From IMG/VR virus record IMGVR_UViG_3300032038_000027, positions 32,001-96,000 of that record: DNA of 64,000 nt. One strand, given 5' to 3'. The notes beneath the pieces are model-generated. The model did not search any database, was not told the origin of the DNA, and saw only the letters and a program-made list of their open reading frames with translations. Source of the DNA: a virus. Taxonomy: Duplodnaviria; Caudoviricetes. Shown in pieces: positions 30,949 to 40,080 of this stretch. How positions within the stretch are numbered: the first letter of the stretch is position 1; each line of letters begins with the position of its first letter. The position numbers and the translations under genes were made by a program.

Positions 30949-31151
30949 AAAGACATCTCCTTTGCAAGATAAAAATATGTAAAATACATGATATTTTTGG
31001 ATAGTGCTACAAATTAGCCTTTTGTAGCACTATTGTAGCACTATAATTTGGAATTAGGTGATATTAGATAACATTTCTATGCCTATATTATTTTGTCATT
31101 AATTTAAAAAAATGACGAAAAATATTATCAAACATTTGTTTGCAATTATGT

Positions 31152-31180
31152 ATTATAGCACATATTTTCGAGAATGTCAA
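31152..31180 (-). promoter_or_regulatory. Consensus sigma70/SigA promoter facing the integrase
   Basis: TTGACA-17 nt-TATAAT with extended -10 TG. Confidence 0.8.
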
Positions 31181-31238
31181 ACAATATTATAAAACAATAG
31201 TATGCTCAAAAATGGCTTATCCATGCGGTTTTTAATAT

Positions 31239-31272
31239 AAAAAAGCACCCCAACTCCGAAGAATTGAGGTGC
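31239..31272 (-). terminator. Terminator after tRNA-Cys
   Basis: gcacctcaattc-TTCG-gagttggggtgc-tttttt on the - strand. Confidence 0.8.
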
Positions 31273-31279
31273 GAAAATT

Positions 31280-31354
31280 TGGAGGCGACGAACGGATTTG
31301 AACCGATGAATCAGGCTTTTGCAGAGCCGTGCCTTACCACTTGGCTACGTCGCC
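31280..31354 (-). tRNA. tRNA-Cys(GCA)
   Basis: GGCGACG/CGTCGCC acceptor stem, U73, encoded CCA, CTGCAAA anticodon loop, TTCAAAT T-loop. Confidence 0.93.
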
Positions 31355-31498
31355 GTATATCAAATTTTATTCCGCGATAAGGTTTTGCAGACCTTGATTC
31401 CTCAACTCAAAACAATAGATGTAACCTACGCTTTTCAAGCATTGTTTCTGTTTTGTAGCACTATTGTCGCACTATTATTTTTCTTAGAAAGAAAATAA

Positions 31499-31702
31499 TC
31501 AATAATGGTAAACTTTATTTGTTTGTTTATTAAACCATTTTTCAAAATTTTCTTTGCTAACATAAAGCCTATTATTAAGTTTCACAGACGGAAATCCATC
31601 GCTCCGCATAAGTTCATATGCTTTTGTTCTGCCTAAAGATAGAATATTTTGCACATCTGTTACTGTATATATAATAGTATCACATTCAAAATCCTTTGTC
31701 AA
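31499..31702 (-). CDS. xis: Excisionase (HTH_17-like)
   Basis: YTVTDVQNILSLGRTKAYELM...FPSVKL..RLYV; adjacent to attP. Confidence 0.8.
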   Translation of the reverse strand: MTKDFECDTIIYTVTDVQNILSLGRTKAYELMRSDGFPSVKLNNRLYVSKENFEKWFNKQTNKVYHY

Positions 31703-31742
31703 TCATAAACCTCCTATATAAATGGATATAAGGTAGGAGAAT

Positions 31743-32183
31743 TTATCTCCTACCAAATTCCCTTTTGTCACTTCGCCACACCATAATGTTTTGATGGGCT
31801 TCAGCTTCTTCTTTTGTTGTAAATACGCGCATATTAATGCTGTTTTGATTAGATAGCATAAGATCATTTGATACAGATGAACCGATATCTGTTTTCATTG
31901 TGAAACTATAATAGAGTTTCTTTTTAAGGGTAATTTTATACAGTCGCATTTTAACTATTTTATTTGATATATCATCTTTTGGCATAATCACATAATATAA
32001 GTTACCGACTTGTAATTCTTTTGATATGTGATTCATTATAATGCCTAAAGCATCTGAAAGTCCCGCAACATAGTGTTCTTGACAACTATTTTGAATACCT
32101 TTCATTTCAAAATTGATCTTATCTTGTAATTCTTTAATTGCCGGATGCGTGTATTCAATTTGAATCGGTGCTACCAAAGCCAC
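31743..32183 (-). CDS. Hypothetical protein (start uncertain)
   Basis: ORF fills the operon gap. Confidence 0.5.
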   Translation of the reverse strand: MALVAPIQIEYTHPAIKELQDKINFEMKGIQNSCQEHYVAGLSDALGIIMNHISKELQVGNLYYVIMPKDDISNKIVKMRLYKITLKKKLYYSFTMKTDIGSSVSNDLMLSNQNSINMRVFTTKEEAEAHQNIMVWRSDKREFGRR

Positions 32184-32691
32184 CTTCTCTCGTTGATTCT
32201 ACATTATCCTCTTCTGCAATTCCATAAGGTAAAAATACGCCCTGAAACATAGCAGCACCTGCGCAAATTTGAAACTGCTTATTCTTGCCAAGAGTTGAAT
32301 CATTTACGAGCTTAACAAAAATATGTCCTTCATTTTTCGCACCATAATAGTCTGAATCAATAATGCCAACTGTATTTGCTAATCGCAATCCAAACTTAAA
32401 TCCGAGTCCACTTCTTGGATATGCGGTTAATACCCAACCATTATCAATTTTGCAACGAATACCGGTAGGAATGGTGATACTTTCATCATATGGAATTTCA
32501 ATGCTGATCGGACAAAAGAAATCATATCCTGCACTTCCACTTGTCGCACGCTTTGGTAATACAATATTATCATAAATAGTTTTAATGATTTCATCTTGCC
32601 ATTCGACAGGCATATAATCAAATACTTCGAGCCAATCAGATTTAAATTGTTCAAAACTGACTTTTTCGAATTTCGCAATCGTATTGTTCAT
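32155..32691 (-). CDS. dut: Trimeric dUTPase
   Basis: SAGYDF, PRSGLG, GIIDSDY, REGGFGST motifs. Confidence 0.95.
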   Translation of the reverse strand: MNNTIAKFEKVSFEQFKSDWLEVFDYMPVEWQDEIIKTIYDNIVLPKRATSGSAGYDFFCPISIEIPYDESITIPTGIRCKIDNGWVLTAYPRSGLGFKFGLRLANTVGIIDSDYYGAKNEGHIFVKLVNDSTLGKNKQFQICAGAAMFQGVFLPYGIAEEDNVESTREGGFGSTDSN

Positions 32692-33254
32692 TATCCCTCT
32701 CCTTGTTTTCTACAAAAGAATTTATTATCATGTAAATGTTTAAATAAGTTTTGTTTTAGATTCTGCGTATCAATTACTCTTTGATTGTAGCTTCCTGCCC
32801 AAATAATTTTTTCGTTATATGTATCTACTTTATCTTCATCAAAACGTCCTTCGACTACTGTATCAACACAACAAACGGTTTCAAATCTATTATAAGGTGG
32901 GCTATCTTGAATCCATTCGGTTAAAATTTCATCAAAAGTATATCCAGTATATAACCATATTTTTTTATCTGGGAAACGTTCTTTAACTGAACGAATTATA
33001 TGATTAACATAACCGAGATTTTCATCACATAGCGGTTCGCCGCCTAATACGGTAAATCTATCTATATAAGGTTTATTAATACATTTATATAGGAAACTTT
33101 CTGTTTCATAAGTAAATTCTTTGCCTCCATTAAAATCCCACGTTTCTGGGTTAAAGCAATTTTTACAATGAAATTTACAACCTTGAACGAAGAGGGACAC
33201 GCCAATTCCCTCTCCGTTCGTGTATTCGCATTTATCAATAAAGGCGTATCTCAT
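32691..33254 (-). CDS. nrdG: Anaerobic RNR activating protein
   Basis: NGEGIGVSLFVQGCKFHCKNCFN radical-SAM motif; LGGEP; GSYNQ. Confidence 0.95.
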   Translation of the reverse strand: MRYAFIDKCEYTNGEGIGVSLFVQGCKFHCKNCFNPETWDFNGGKEFTYETESFLYKCINKPYIDRFTVLGGEPLCDENLGYVNHIIRSVKERFPDKKIWLYTGYTFDEILTEWIQDSPPYNRFETVCCVDTVVEGRFDEDKVDTYNEKIIWAGSYNQRVIDTQNLKQNLFKHLHDNKFFCRKQGEG

Positions 33255-33258
33255 AGCA

Positions 33259-35834
33259 TTATCCTTTTAAATGTTTTACTCTATCTTCGGTTTCTGCTCT
33301 TTTGCCCGGATTAAATGCTTCAATGTAATCACCAGTTAGATATCCTGTTACTCGGCGCAATCTGCGAATTTCTGTACATCCACATTTGGGGCAAGCATCT
33401 TTAATTTCATCCGTCCAACCGCAGTTTTTGCACATATCATTAGGTACATTTGCCGCCGCATAAGGAATATCCTTATCCATCGCATAGTTAATAATGGTTT
33501 CAACTGCTTTAGGATTATCTTTTACACGAGCATTTAATTCAACATAAGTAATACAACCTGCACTTGAATAACCAGTTAATTGAGATTCAATATCAATTTT
33601 TTCGAAAGGAGTCATTTCTTTCCAAACAGGAACATGAATTGAATTAGTAAAATATTCACGATCAGAAACATTTGGAATAACGCCATATTTTTCTTTAAAC
33701 TTCTTCATGGCTGTATAGCAAAGATTTTCAGCAGGAGTATAATACACACCAAAGTTTAGTTTATATTTAGTTTTAAATTCAGCGCAGCGATCTTTGAATA
33801 ATTGCTCAATTTTTTTCGCAAGTTCCATGCCTCTTTCTTCGGTATGATCGCAACCGATAAGAATTTGAAGAGCTTCTGCAAGACCGAGCTGACCTACTGC
33901 AAGCGTACCATGCTTTAATGCAGATCGAATATCTTTACCATCATAGCCCTCCATTAAACCGTTTTCATACATGAACTTTGCGGCATCTGCGGGCTGAGAA
34001 CAAATATATTCAAATCTTTCAATAAGCATATCTTTCGCTTCGTGGATTTTTGCATCGAGCATATTTAAGAATACAGTAGGAATATCATCGTCATAATTTG
34101 AATCATATGATTCTTTCGCCATCATAGCGATTGTCGGTAAAATAATTGTTACGGGGCAGATATTTCCACGACCATCTTTTAATTGACCGAAGCCGTTAAT
34201 ATCATACCCATTAGCTGTTCTACACGTTTAAACCCTCTGTCACCAGAGGAACTGACTATATCTTCTATCTTTCGATAGCCTTCCGCTTCGGATGCGTGCC
34301 TATCTCGCATCCTACTCCCTTACATTCATCAGGGATAGTCGATACACTTTTAATTTAGCATAGATATTTTAATACTATTCTAAATCACTTAGCACGGTTT
34401 CAACTTATTAACTAAGTCCTGACCGTTAGCCCGTTTTATCGGACACCTTCGGGCGAAGTTCAAAAGGTTTTAGATGAGCTGTAGTTTACGCTTACCCATC
34501 GTTGAGAAATATGTTTTAGGGTCATTTCTGTCATATCCCTTATTACCAGACCAATCTACATTAGCGTAGTTCGGATATAATCTTAATGATGTTGATCTGA
34601 TTGCTAACTGGAATAAATCGTAATTTGGTTCGCCCTCTTTACGATTCACGCCGCGCATTAATTGAAAAATACCGCACGGGAAAATAGAGGTTTTATGTAG
34701 CTTGCCGATACCTTTAATCGAGGTTTCGAGTAGGCAACGAATAATCAGTCTACCTTCGGGAGAAGTGCAAGTACCGTAGTTGATTGAGGTGAATGGCAAC
34801 TGGTTTCCTGACCTGCTTTGAAGTGTATTTAAATTGTGATACATTCCCTCAACAGCTTGTTTGGTTTCAATAATTGTGTCATATAAAGCACTTTGCGCGT
34901 ATTTCTTGTTTAAATCAGTATTACCGAGATGATAATCATCTTCGGTTGTATTAGTTGCGGCGAAAAATTCGTCCTTATGGGAATCTACCCAATCATCAAA
35001 TCTGTTTCTCCAAACAATATTGCCATCAACGATTTCTTTGTAATCATCGAAAACCATATTAATGAGATCAAGTTCGACAAACTCAGGACGATCTTTTAGC
35101 CATGCGGCGATATAATGCTTTAGGAAACTTTTCTTAACATACGGCACCATTGTCCAATCTAAGTGTGTAGCGGAAACGCCGCCAAATTGCTGAAGGCTCT
35201 GTAATTGGAAAATCACAGCTACTAATTGAAAAGCTGTGCCTACAGATTGTGCGGGTCGAACATCTGTTTGTCTTGTGTTAAATCCATTTGCTAATAATTT
35301 ATCAAAAGGAATAGACAAGCAGTTATGATCTCCGACAGAATAATGGTCTAAATCATGAACGTAAATCATATTATTCACATGATTGATATAAGACATTTTA
35401 GACATTCGATTATTTAGTGCATCGTCTTTCATGGTTACACTTAGCGCAGCGCCCATTCTGCCGCCAAATGAATGTTCATCAACATTTGCGTTCTGATTCT
35501 TAACATTCTTCGCAAAGAGTTTTTCTTCCACTTCTTTCGAAAGTTTACTCTTTTGTTGTCTTGCGCGTGTTCTGTCGTTACGATAGATAATGTATGCTTT
35601 TGCGACATCTTTGCGAGAACTCTGCATGAGCTGCTTTTCGATAAGGTCTTGGATTTCTTCTACATTCATTTGTGGCTTATCAAGATTTGTAATGGATTGA
35701 GCAATATTCTCACAAATCTTTTCGGACGTTTCATCAAAATAGCCATCAATTTCGATGAAAGCCTTTTTCATGGCGTTGAGAATTTTCTGAACATTAAACT
35801 CTACAACACGACCATCACGTTTAATTACTTTCAT
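33259..35834 (-). CDS. nrdD: Class III ribonucleotide reductase, intron-split: complement(join(33259..34224,34494..35834))
   Basis: ATP-cone MKVIKRDG; HDLD..NC; splicing restores STMG-CRT; C-terminal CxxC..CxxC and RRVTGYL glycyl motif. Confidence 0.95.
34225..34493 (-). ncRNA. Group I intron in nrdD (269 nt, ORF-less)
   Basis: P1 gatgggU/Gctcatc; R gtatcgacta, S aagatatagtc; terminal G before TGT (Cys). Confidence 0.92.
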
Positions 35835-36417
35835 TAGATACCTCCATATTGTGTGTTTCACCATTTAAGGCGTGATTGTATATTAGACTAACAACTTCTT
35901 CGGGCGAAAGTTTGTATCTATCATTTTCAATAACGTAATTAACTTCACGCTCAAATCCGGCAAACTGCCCTTCATCAGATGTGCAACGGCGATACGCTTC
36001 TTCAATATCGTCGCCACGTTCTAACATTTTAATTAGTCGAGAACGTCGATCTACATTAAGATAAACGATAACCATATCAGTATGGTAATATTTATTGTAT
36101 GTTTTAAACGCCCTAACGCCAGTAGGATTAAGAACTACAACTTGATTTAGCATTGGGTTCATATCAATTTTTGTGCCATATTGCCAATTCTTATATGTAA
36201 CAAATTCAAAGAACTCATTATTATCTTTCATTCGGTTGAATTGCTCGTCCGTTACAAAGTGATAGTCAACACAATCTTGCTCATTTTCTCTTGGCTTTCT
36301 TGTAGTGTATGTGATAACTTGTTTTATATCATTACGATTATCATCGTTAATCATTTTGGCGCAAGTAGATTTACCACTCGCACTTGCACCTGCTAAAATC
36401 AATATCATTCGTTCCAT
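35821..36417 (-). CDS. gmk: Guanylate kinase
   Basis: GASASGKST, TTRKPR.NE...DYHF, YGT. Confidence 0.9.
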   Translation of the reverse strand: MERMILILAGASASGKSTCAKMINDDNRNDIKQVITYTTRKPRENEQDCVDYHFVTDEQFNRMKDNNEFFEFVTYKNWQYGTKIDMNPMLNQVVVLNPTGVRAFKTYNKYYHTDMVIVYLNVDRRSRLIKMLERGDDIEEAYRRCTSDEGQFAGFEREVNYVIENDRYKLSPEEVVSLIYNHALNGETHNMEVSNESN

Positions 36418-36731
36418 TCCTCCGATAAATCAATATCTAATAATTTAGCTTTTTCATGTAATGTTAAATCATTAAATAGCTCTTGATATAATTCATCAGG
36501 CGTGATTTCAAGTAGTTGCGCTTTTTGAGATAATGATGTTTCATTGAATATTTTTTGCAACATTTTTCTCGCACATTCCGCGCAAATATCTGTTTCATTA
36601 TCGAGATTATATTTTGCATAGTCCCCACATATATCGCAGTATCTAACTGGAACATTCATATAAGGGCATGATTTTCCCAAGCATCCCATTTCAGTAGGAC
36701 AGCCAACGCAGTTATCTTCATAACGTAGCAT
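36405..36731 (-). CDS. Cys-rich hypothetical protein
   Basis: CVGC..C..C, CDIC, CAEC. Confidence 0.55.
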   Translation of the reverse strand: MLRYEDNCVGCPTEMGCLGKSCPYMNVPVRYCDICGDYAKYNLDNETDICAECARKMLQKIFNETSLSQKAQLLEITPDELYQELFNDLTLHEKAKLLDIDLSEEWNE

Positions 36732-37248
36732 TATTTATCCTCCTGAACACCTTGAAATCGACCTGTTTCCCGTTATAATAATCTTTTTCTAATTTCGCTG
36801 AAGATTCAGCCCAATCAGGCATTGTATTTAATGCAGGAAAATGAGTATCAGCTTCAAAAGTATCATGTAAATAGGTTACATACGCAAGATCACATAACGG
36901 CAACAGTTGTTTATAAATACTTTCGCCGCCGATAATATATAAATTTTGTTGATGAATATGACTAATTCGTTTTACATTATTGATATATTGTTTCACATGA
37001 TACATATTCGAATATATAACACCGTTATCATCTCTAACTGGATTTGCGTATTCGTGCGTAATAACAATATTTGTACGATGCGGCAAAGGCTTTAAACCAA
37101 GAGATAAGAATGTATTCTTGCCCATGATAACGATATTATCTGTTGTTAATTCTTTAAAGCGTTTCAAATCTTTAGGGATTTTGAATAGGAGCTGATTTTT
37201 GTTACCTATTCCCCAATTTTCATCAACGGCTACAATAGCTATAACCAT
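36718..37248 (-). CDS. folA: Dihydrofolate reductase
   Basis: IVAVDENWGIG, DLKRFKELT, MGKNT, PLPHRTN, IIGG, ADTHFP. Confidence 0.95.
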   Translation of the reverse strand: MVIAIVAVDENWGIGNKNQLLFKIPKDLKRFKELTTDNIVIMGKNTFLSLGLKPLPHRTNIVITHEYANPVRDDNGVIYSNMYHVKQYINNVKRISHIHQQNLYIIGGESIYKQLLPLCDLAYVTYLHDTFEADTHFPALNTMPDWAESSAKLEKDYYNGKQVDFKVFRRINNATL

Positions 37249-37256
37249 TTCGCACC

Positions 37257-38102
37257 TCAGATTCCAATATCTAATGTTAATTGTGGCTTGATCGGGTCAT
37301 AATTAATCATCTCAAAATCATCAATGGTAAAGTCATAAAAATTGTTTTTATCAGGGTTCAGAATAAGTTGCGGCTGATTTTCTGGCTGATCGTCAATATG
37401 TTTATTAAATCTTTTGAAAAGTTCGTCCGCAGCTTCGGTGTGCCTATCATATATTTGCTCATTGGCAACAACATGAGAGAATACGCCCGGTTCATATCCT
37501 GTATGTCTTGCAATCATCATCAGTAGTGCGGCATATTGTACTTCATTTACGCCACCGCCGCCAGATGCCATTAACATATCGCCAGAGCGTTGAATTAGCA
37601 TCATATCAAGGAATTTACCTCTAACGTTCCAAATTGTTAAGAAGGCGCAAGGTGCAAGTCCGGGTGTTTCATTCAAATCCGTATCTTGCCAAAGATTGAC
37701 GATTTTGCGGCGACCATAAGGGTCTGTTTGAATATCTTTGATTAATTTATTAATTAAATCGTAACGCTTTACAGTGCCGCCATATCTTTGCCCGATAGTG
37801 CCATCGCCAATATCCCATTCATTCCACCATTTAACACCCATCTGCTCCATTTCTGAAATTACATTGGTAGGCTTTTGATAAATGGTGAAAATCTCTTTGA
37901 TTGCTGTTCTCCATGCAATTGGTCTTAGGGTGCAGATCGGAAATTCGCCAATGCCTAAATCATACATTCTTCCAACATGATTAACTGAATATGTATGTGC
38001 AGGTGTGCCGTCTTTGTATTTCGGGCGCGGATTTTCATCTTTATAACCAAATTCTTTAATTTTTTGAATACCATAAGCTAAGTAATAATCAGCTTTTGTC
38101 AT
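37257..38102 (-). CDS. thyA: Thymidylate synthase
   Basis: PYGRRK, LAPCAF, QRSGD, N..QY, QIYDRH. Confidence 0.95.
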   Translation of the reverse strand: MTKADYYLAYGIQKIKEFGYKDENPRPKYKDGTPAHTYSVNHVGRMYDLGIGEFPICTLRPIAWRTAIKEIFTIYQKPTNVISEMEQMGVKWWNEWDIGDGTIGQRYGGTVKRYDLINKLIKDIQTDPYGRRKIVNLWQDTDLNETPGLAPCAFLTIWNVRGKFLDMMLIQRSGDMLMASGGGGVNEVQYAALLMMIARHTGYEPGVFSHVVANEQIYDRHTEAADELFKRFNKHIDDQPENQPQLILNPDKNNFYDFTIDDFEMINYDPIKPQLTLDIGI

Positions 38103-38106
38103 TTAT

Positions 38107-38373
38107 TCACTCTCCATACTTTGCGATATACGCATTATTTTTAAATGTGATCTTATATTCGTTAGTAGTTTCTTTTTGCTCGAATTGATCGTAAATTGGT
38201 TCAGTGCGAGAAATAGATATTGAAATAGGAGAATTTGATCTCGCTACTTGCTCCATTAGCCCAGAAAACTCACTCATGATAAGTAATGCAGGAGATGTTA
38301 TTTGTTTCGCGCTCTTTACGCCGTCATTGTTAAGTTCAATTAATACGGTGAAAATTTCAAAAGTTTCAAACAT
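38107..38373 (-). CDS. Hypothetical protein
   Basis: ORF with RBS in the operon. Confidence 0.5.
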   Translation of the reverse strand: MFETFEIFTVLIELNNDGVKSAKQITSPALLIMSEFSGLMEQVARSNSPISISISRTEPIYDQFEQKETTNEYKITFKNNAYIAKYGE

Positions 38374-38387
38374 TTTAGCTCCTTATC

Positions 38388-39614
38388 TTAACTTAATTCT
38401 ACTAAGTATTTGATTGTTGATTGTTCTTCTTTATAAACTATAATTTCATCGTTATAGAGCATTTTCCCTGCATGAGCGTGTAAACAATTTGCGCCCGGAC
38501 AATTCTTTTGCAAGCGATCATAATTAAAATCATAATATTTTGAATCATGCGAATATACATCAAACGGCTTGCCATAGGCAACACTCATGAGCGCCATGAA
38601 ACCTGAGTGTGAATTACCTCTCGCCCAATAGCTACCATTAATACTTGTATATCCTAATGACTTTTTGGCTTTTGGCGCATAATAAATGCCATATCCAAAC
38701 ATTTTGCCTGTGATAACAGCATTTGTAGGTCTAAGGACTAAACCGCCTTGAATAATCGACCACCAATTCTCATTTCTGCTACCATGAAACAGCAAACGAA
38801 CATCATGAATATGATTCTCTGCAACAAAGTTATCAAATCTTTCTTGCGTTTTAATATTCGTAACCTTCCATGCGTTGCGAAATCTGTCTACGCAACTGCC
38901 AAGAGCCACTTTGATTGTTGCAATATCATCTCTATCACATTCTTCAATAATAAGCCCAAGAGATTCAAGAATCGTTTTATCATAAATGGGTGCTGTTTCA
39001 TCATGCACTGTTTCATCAAGCGCTTGTTTTTCAATTACTTGTCCTTTCATAACGTCAAGCAGATTTTGCTCTTTATCAATGATCTTATTAAAATCTTTAT
39101 TGTCTTTTGCGAGATAGCTTCCTACGCTACCCATTTTTCGCGGAATAGTAGTAAACAACTTGATTAAACTATCATTAAAGTCTTGAACGTTAGTGATGGA
39201 AAGTAATCCATTGATAATATCTTGCGCTTCGTCGATCATCGCATGAGTAACTTTATTAGAAGAAACAGTGTAATTTTCGCTAATAACTTTCTTTGCCATA
39301 CGTTGTAAACGATCAACAATATTCGCTATATTAGCATTTTCAATGGGCTTATATTCTGGATTCATTGTCGGCGAAACTTTCTGAATAGTAATTAAATCTT
39401 GTACTAAATCCGTCTGATCTTTATACCCTTTACGAATTTTTTCTTTATATTTTTTATCCCATTCAGATAACGGATAGGAGCGAATTTGTGGATTGCTCCC
39501 TACTCTGCCATATTCAGCAATCCACGAATCGCCATTTGGTTTCATGTCATAATATTTATTGTTGTTCGCTCCTGCCGTAACCATAACTAAGTGTTTAGGA
39601 GTGTAATCCGGCAT
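38388..39614 (-). CDS. PARP1-like ADP-ribosyltransferase (WGR + helical regulatory + PARP catalytic domain)
   Basis: NNNKYY..EYGRVG..K.RKGY (WGR); LFTTIP (HD); LLFHGS, GKMFGYGIYYA, KSLGY, YNDEIIVY..Q...YLVE (H-Y-E triad). Confidence 0.9.
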   Translation of the reverse strand: MPDYTPKHLVMVTAGANNNKYYDMKPNGDSWIAEYGRVGSNPQIRSYPLSEWDKKYKEKIRKGYKDQTDLVQDLITIQKVSPTMNPEYKPIENANIANIVDRLQRMAKKVISENYTVSSNKVTHAMIDEAQDIINGLLSITNVQDFNDSLIKLFTTIPRKMGSVGSYLAKDNKDFNKIIDKEQNLLDVMKGQVIEKQALDETVHDETAPIYDKTILESLGLIIEECDRDDIATIKVALGSCVDRFRNAWKVTNIKTQERFDNFVAENHIHDVRLLFHGSRNENWWSIIQGGLVLRPTNAVITGKMFGYGIYYAPKAKKSLGYTSINGSYWARGNSHSGFMALMSVAYGKPFDVYSHDSKYYDFNYDRLQKNCPGANCLHAHAGKMLYNDEIIVYKEEQSTIKYLVELS

Positions 39615-39624
39615 AAGTCACCTC

Positions 39625-40062
39625 TTAAAGCGTATAAACAACAATTTCAATATCAGTACCACTAAAGACATCTTCGAGAATGTCTTTTACCGTTTCCCAA
39701 TTCAATCGGTCAAGTCCGCAGCCAATTCGCGGAATAGCTAATTTGTCAATGTCAAAAAGGCACATTTGTTCTTTCATATCCACCAATGAATCATAAAGAT
39801 CATCATAAGTTGGTTTATGGAAACAACGGGCTTTAGTGACCAAATTAAATACATTATCTACAAGTAGCGCACGACCTACATTCGCAAATTTTGCACCTTC
39901 AGGAATCGCATAATCTCTGTGTAGCTTAAATTTCATGTTATAAGTTTCATCAAACTTAACCGCAATTCCCGCGCCAAGAGCGTAATCGCCACTGATACAA
40001 TGTGCAAGGTAATATCCTTGCGGGGCTGAGAATAGATCACCCTGTTTTTCAATTAATTGCAT
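39625..40062 (-). CDS. Macrodomain ADP-ribosylhydrolase (TARG1/DarG-like)
   Basis: GDLF, LAHCISGD.ALGAGIA, FNLVTK, KPTY, IPRIGCGLDRLNW. Confidence 0.9.
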   Translation of the reverse strand: MQLIEKQGDLFSAPQGYYLAHCISGDYALGAGIAVKFDETYNMKFKLHRDYAIPEGAKFANVGRALLVDNVFNLVTKARCFHKPTYDDLYDSLVDMKEQMCLFDIDKLAIPRIGCGLDRLNWETVKDILEDVFSGTDIEIVVYTL

Positions 40063-40080
40063 ATAAATAAACCTCCATGT

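Larger units (their letters stand above)
31001..31475. mobile_element. attP region: core 31379-31395 plus five arm-type sites TGTAGCACTAT
   Basis: Arm sites at 31001-31011 (inverted), 31023-31033, 31034-31044, 31454-31464 and 31465-31475 (1 mismatch). Core reads aaggt-ctgcaaa-acctt on the - strand. Lies between int and xis. Confidence 0.75.

Noticed and set aside
31371-31400. A second tRNA-Cys gene
   Set aside because: Only an anticodon arm is present, with no D-arm, T-arm or acceptor stem; interpreted as the att core.
31001-31475. TGTAGCACTAT repeats as a mini-CRISPR array or iterons
   Set aside because: Only 11 bp, tandem without spacers, and flanking a core between int and xis; they fit integrase arm sites.
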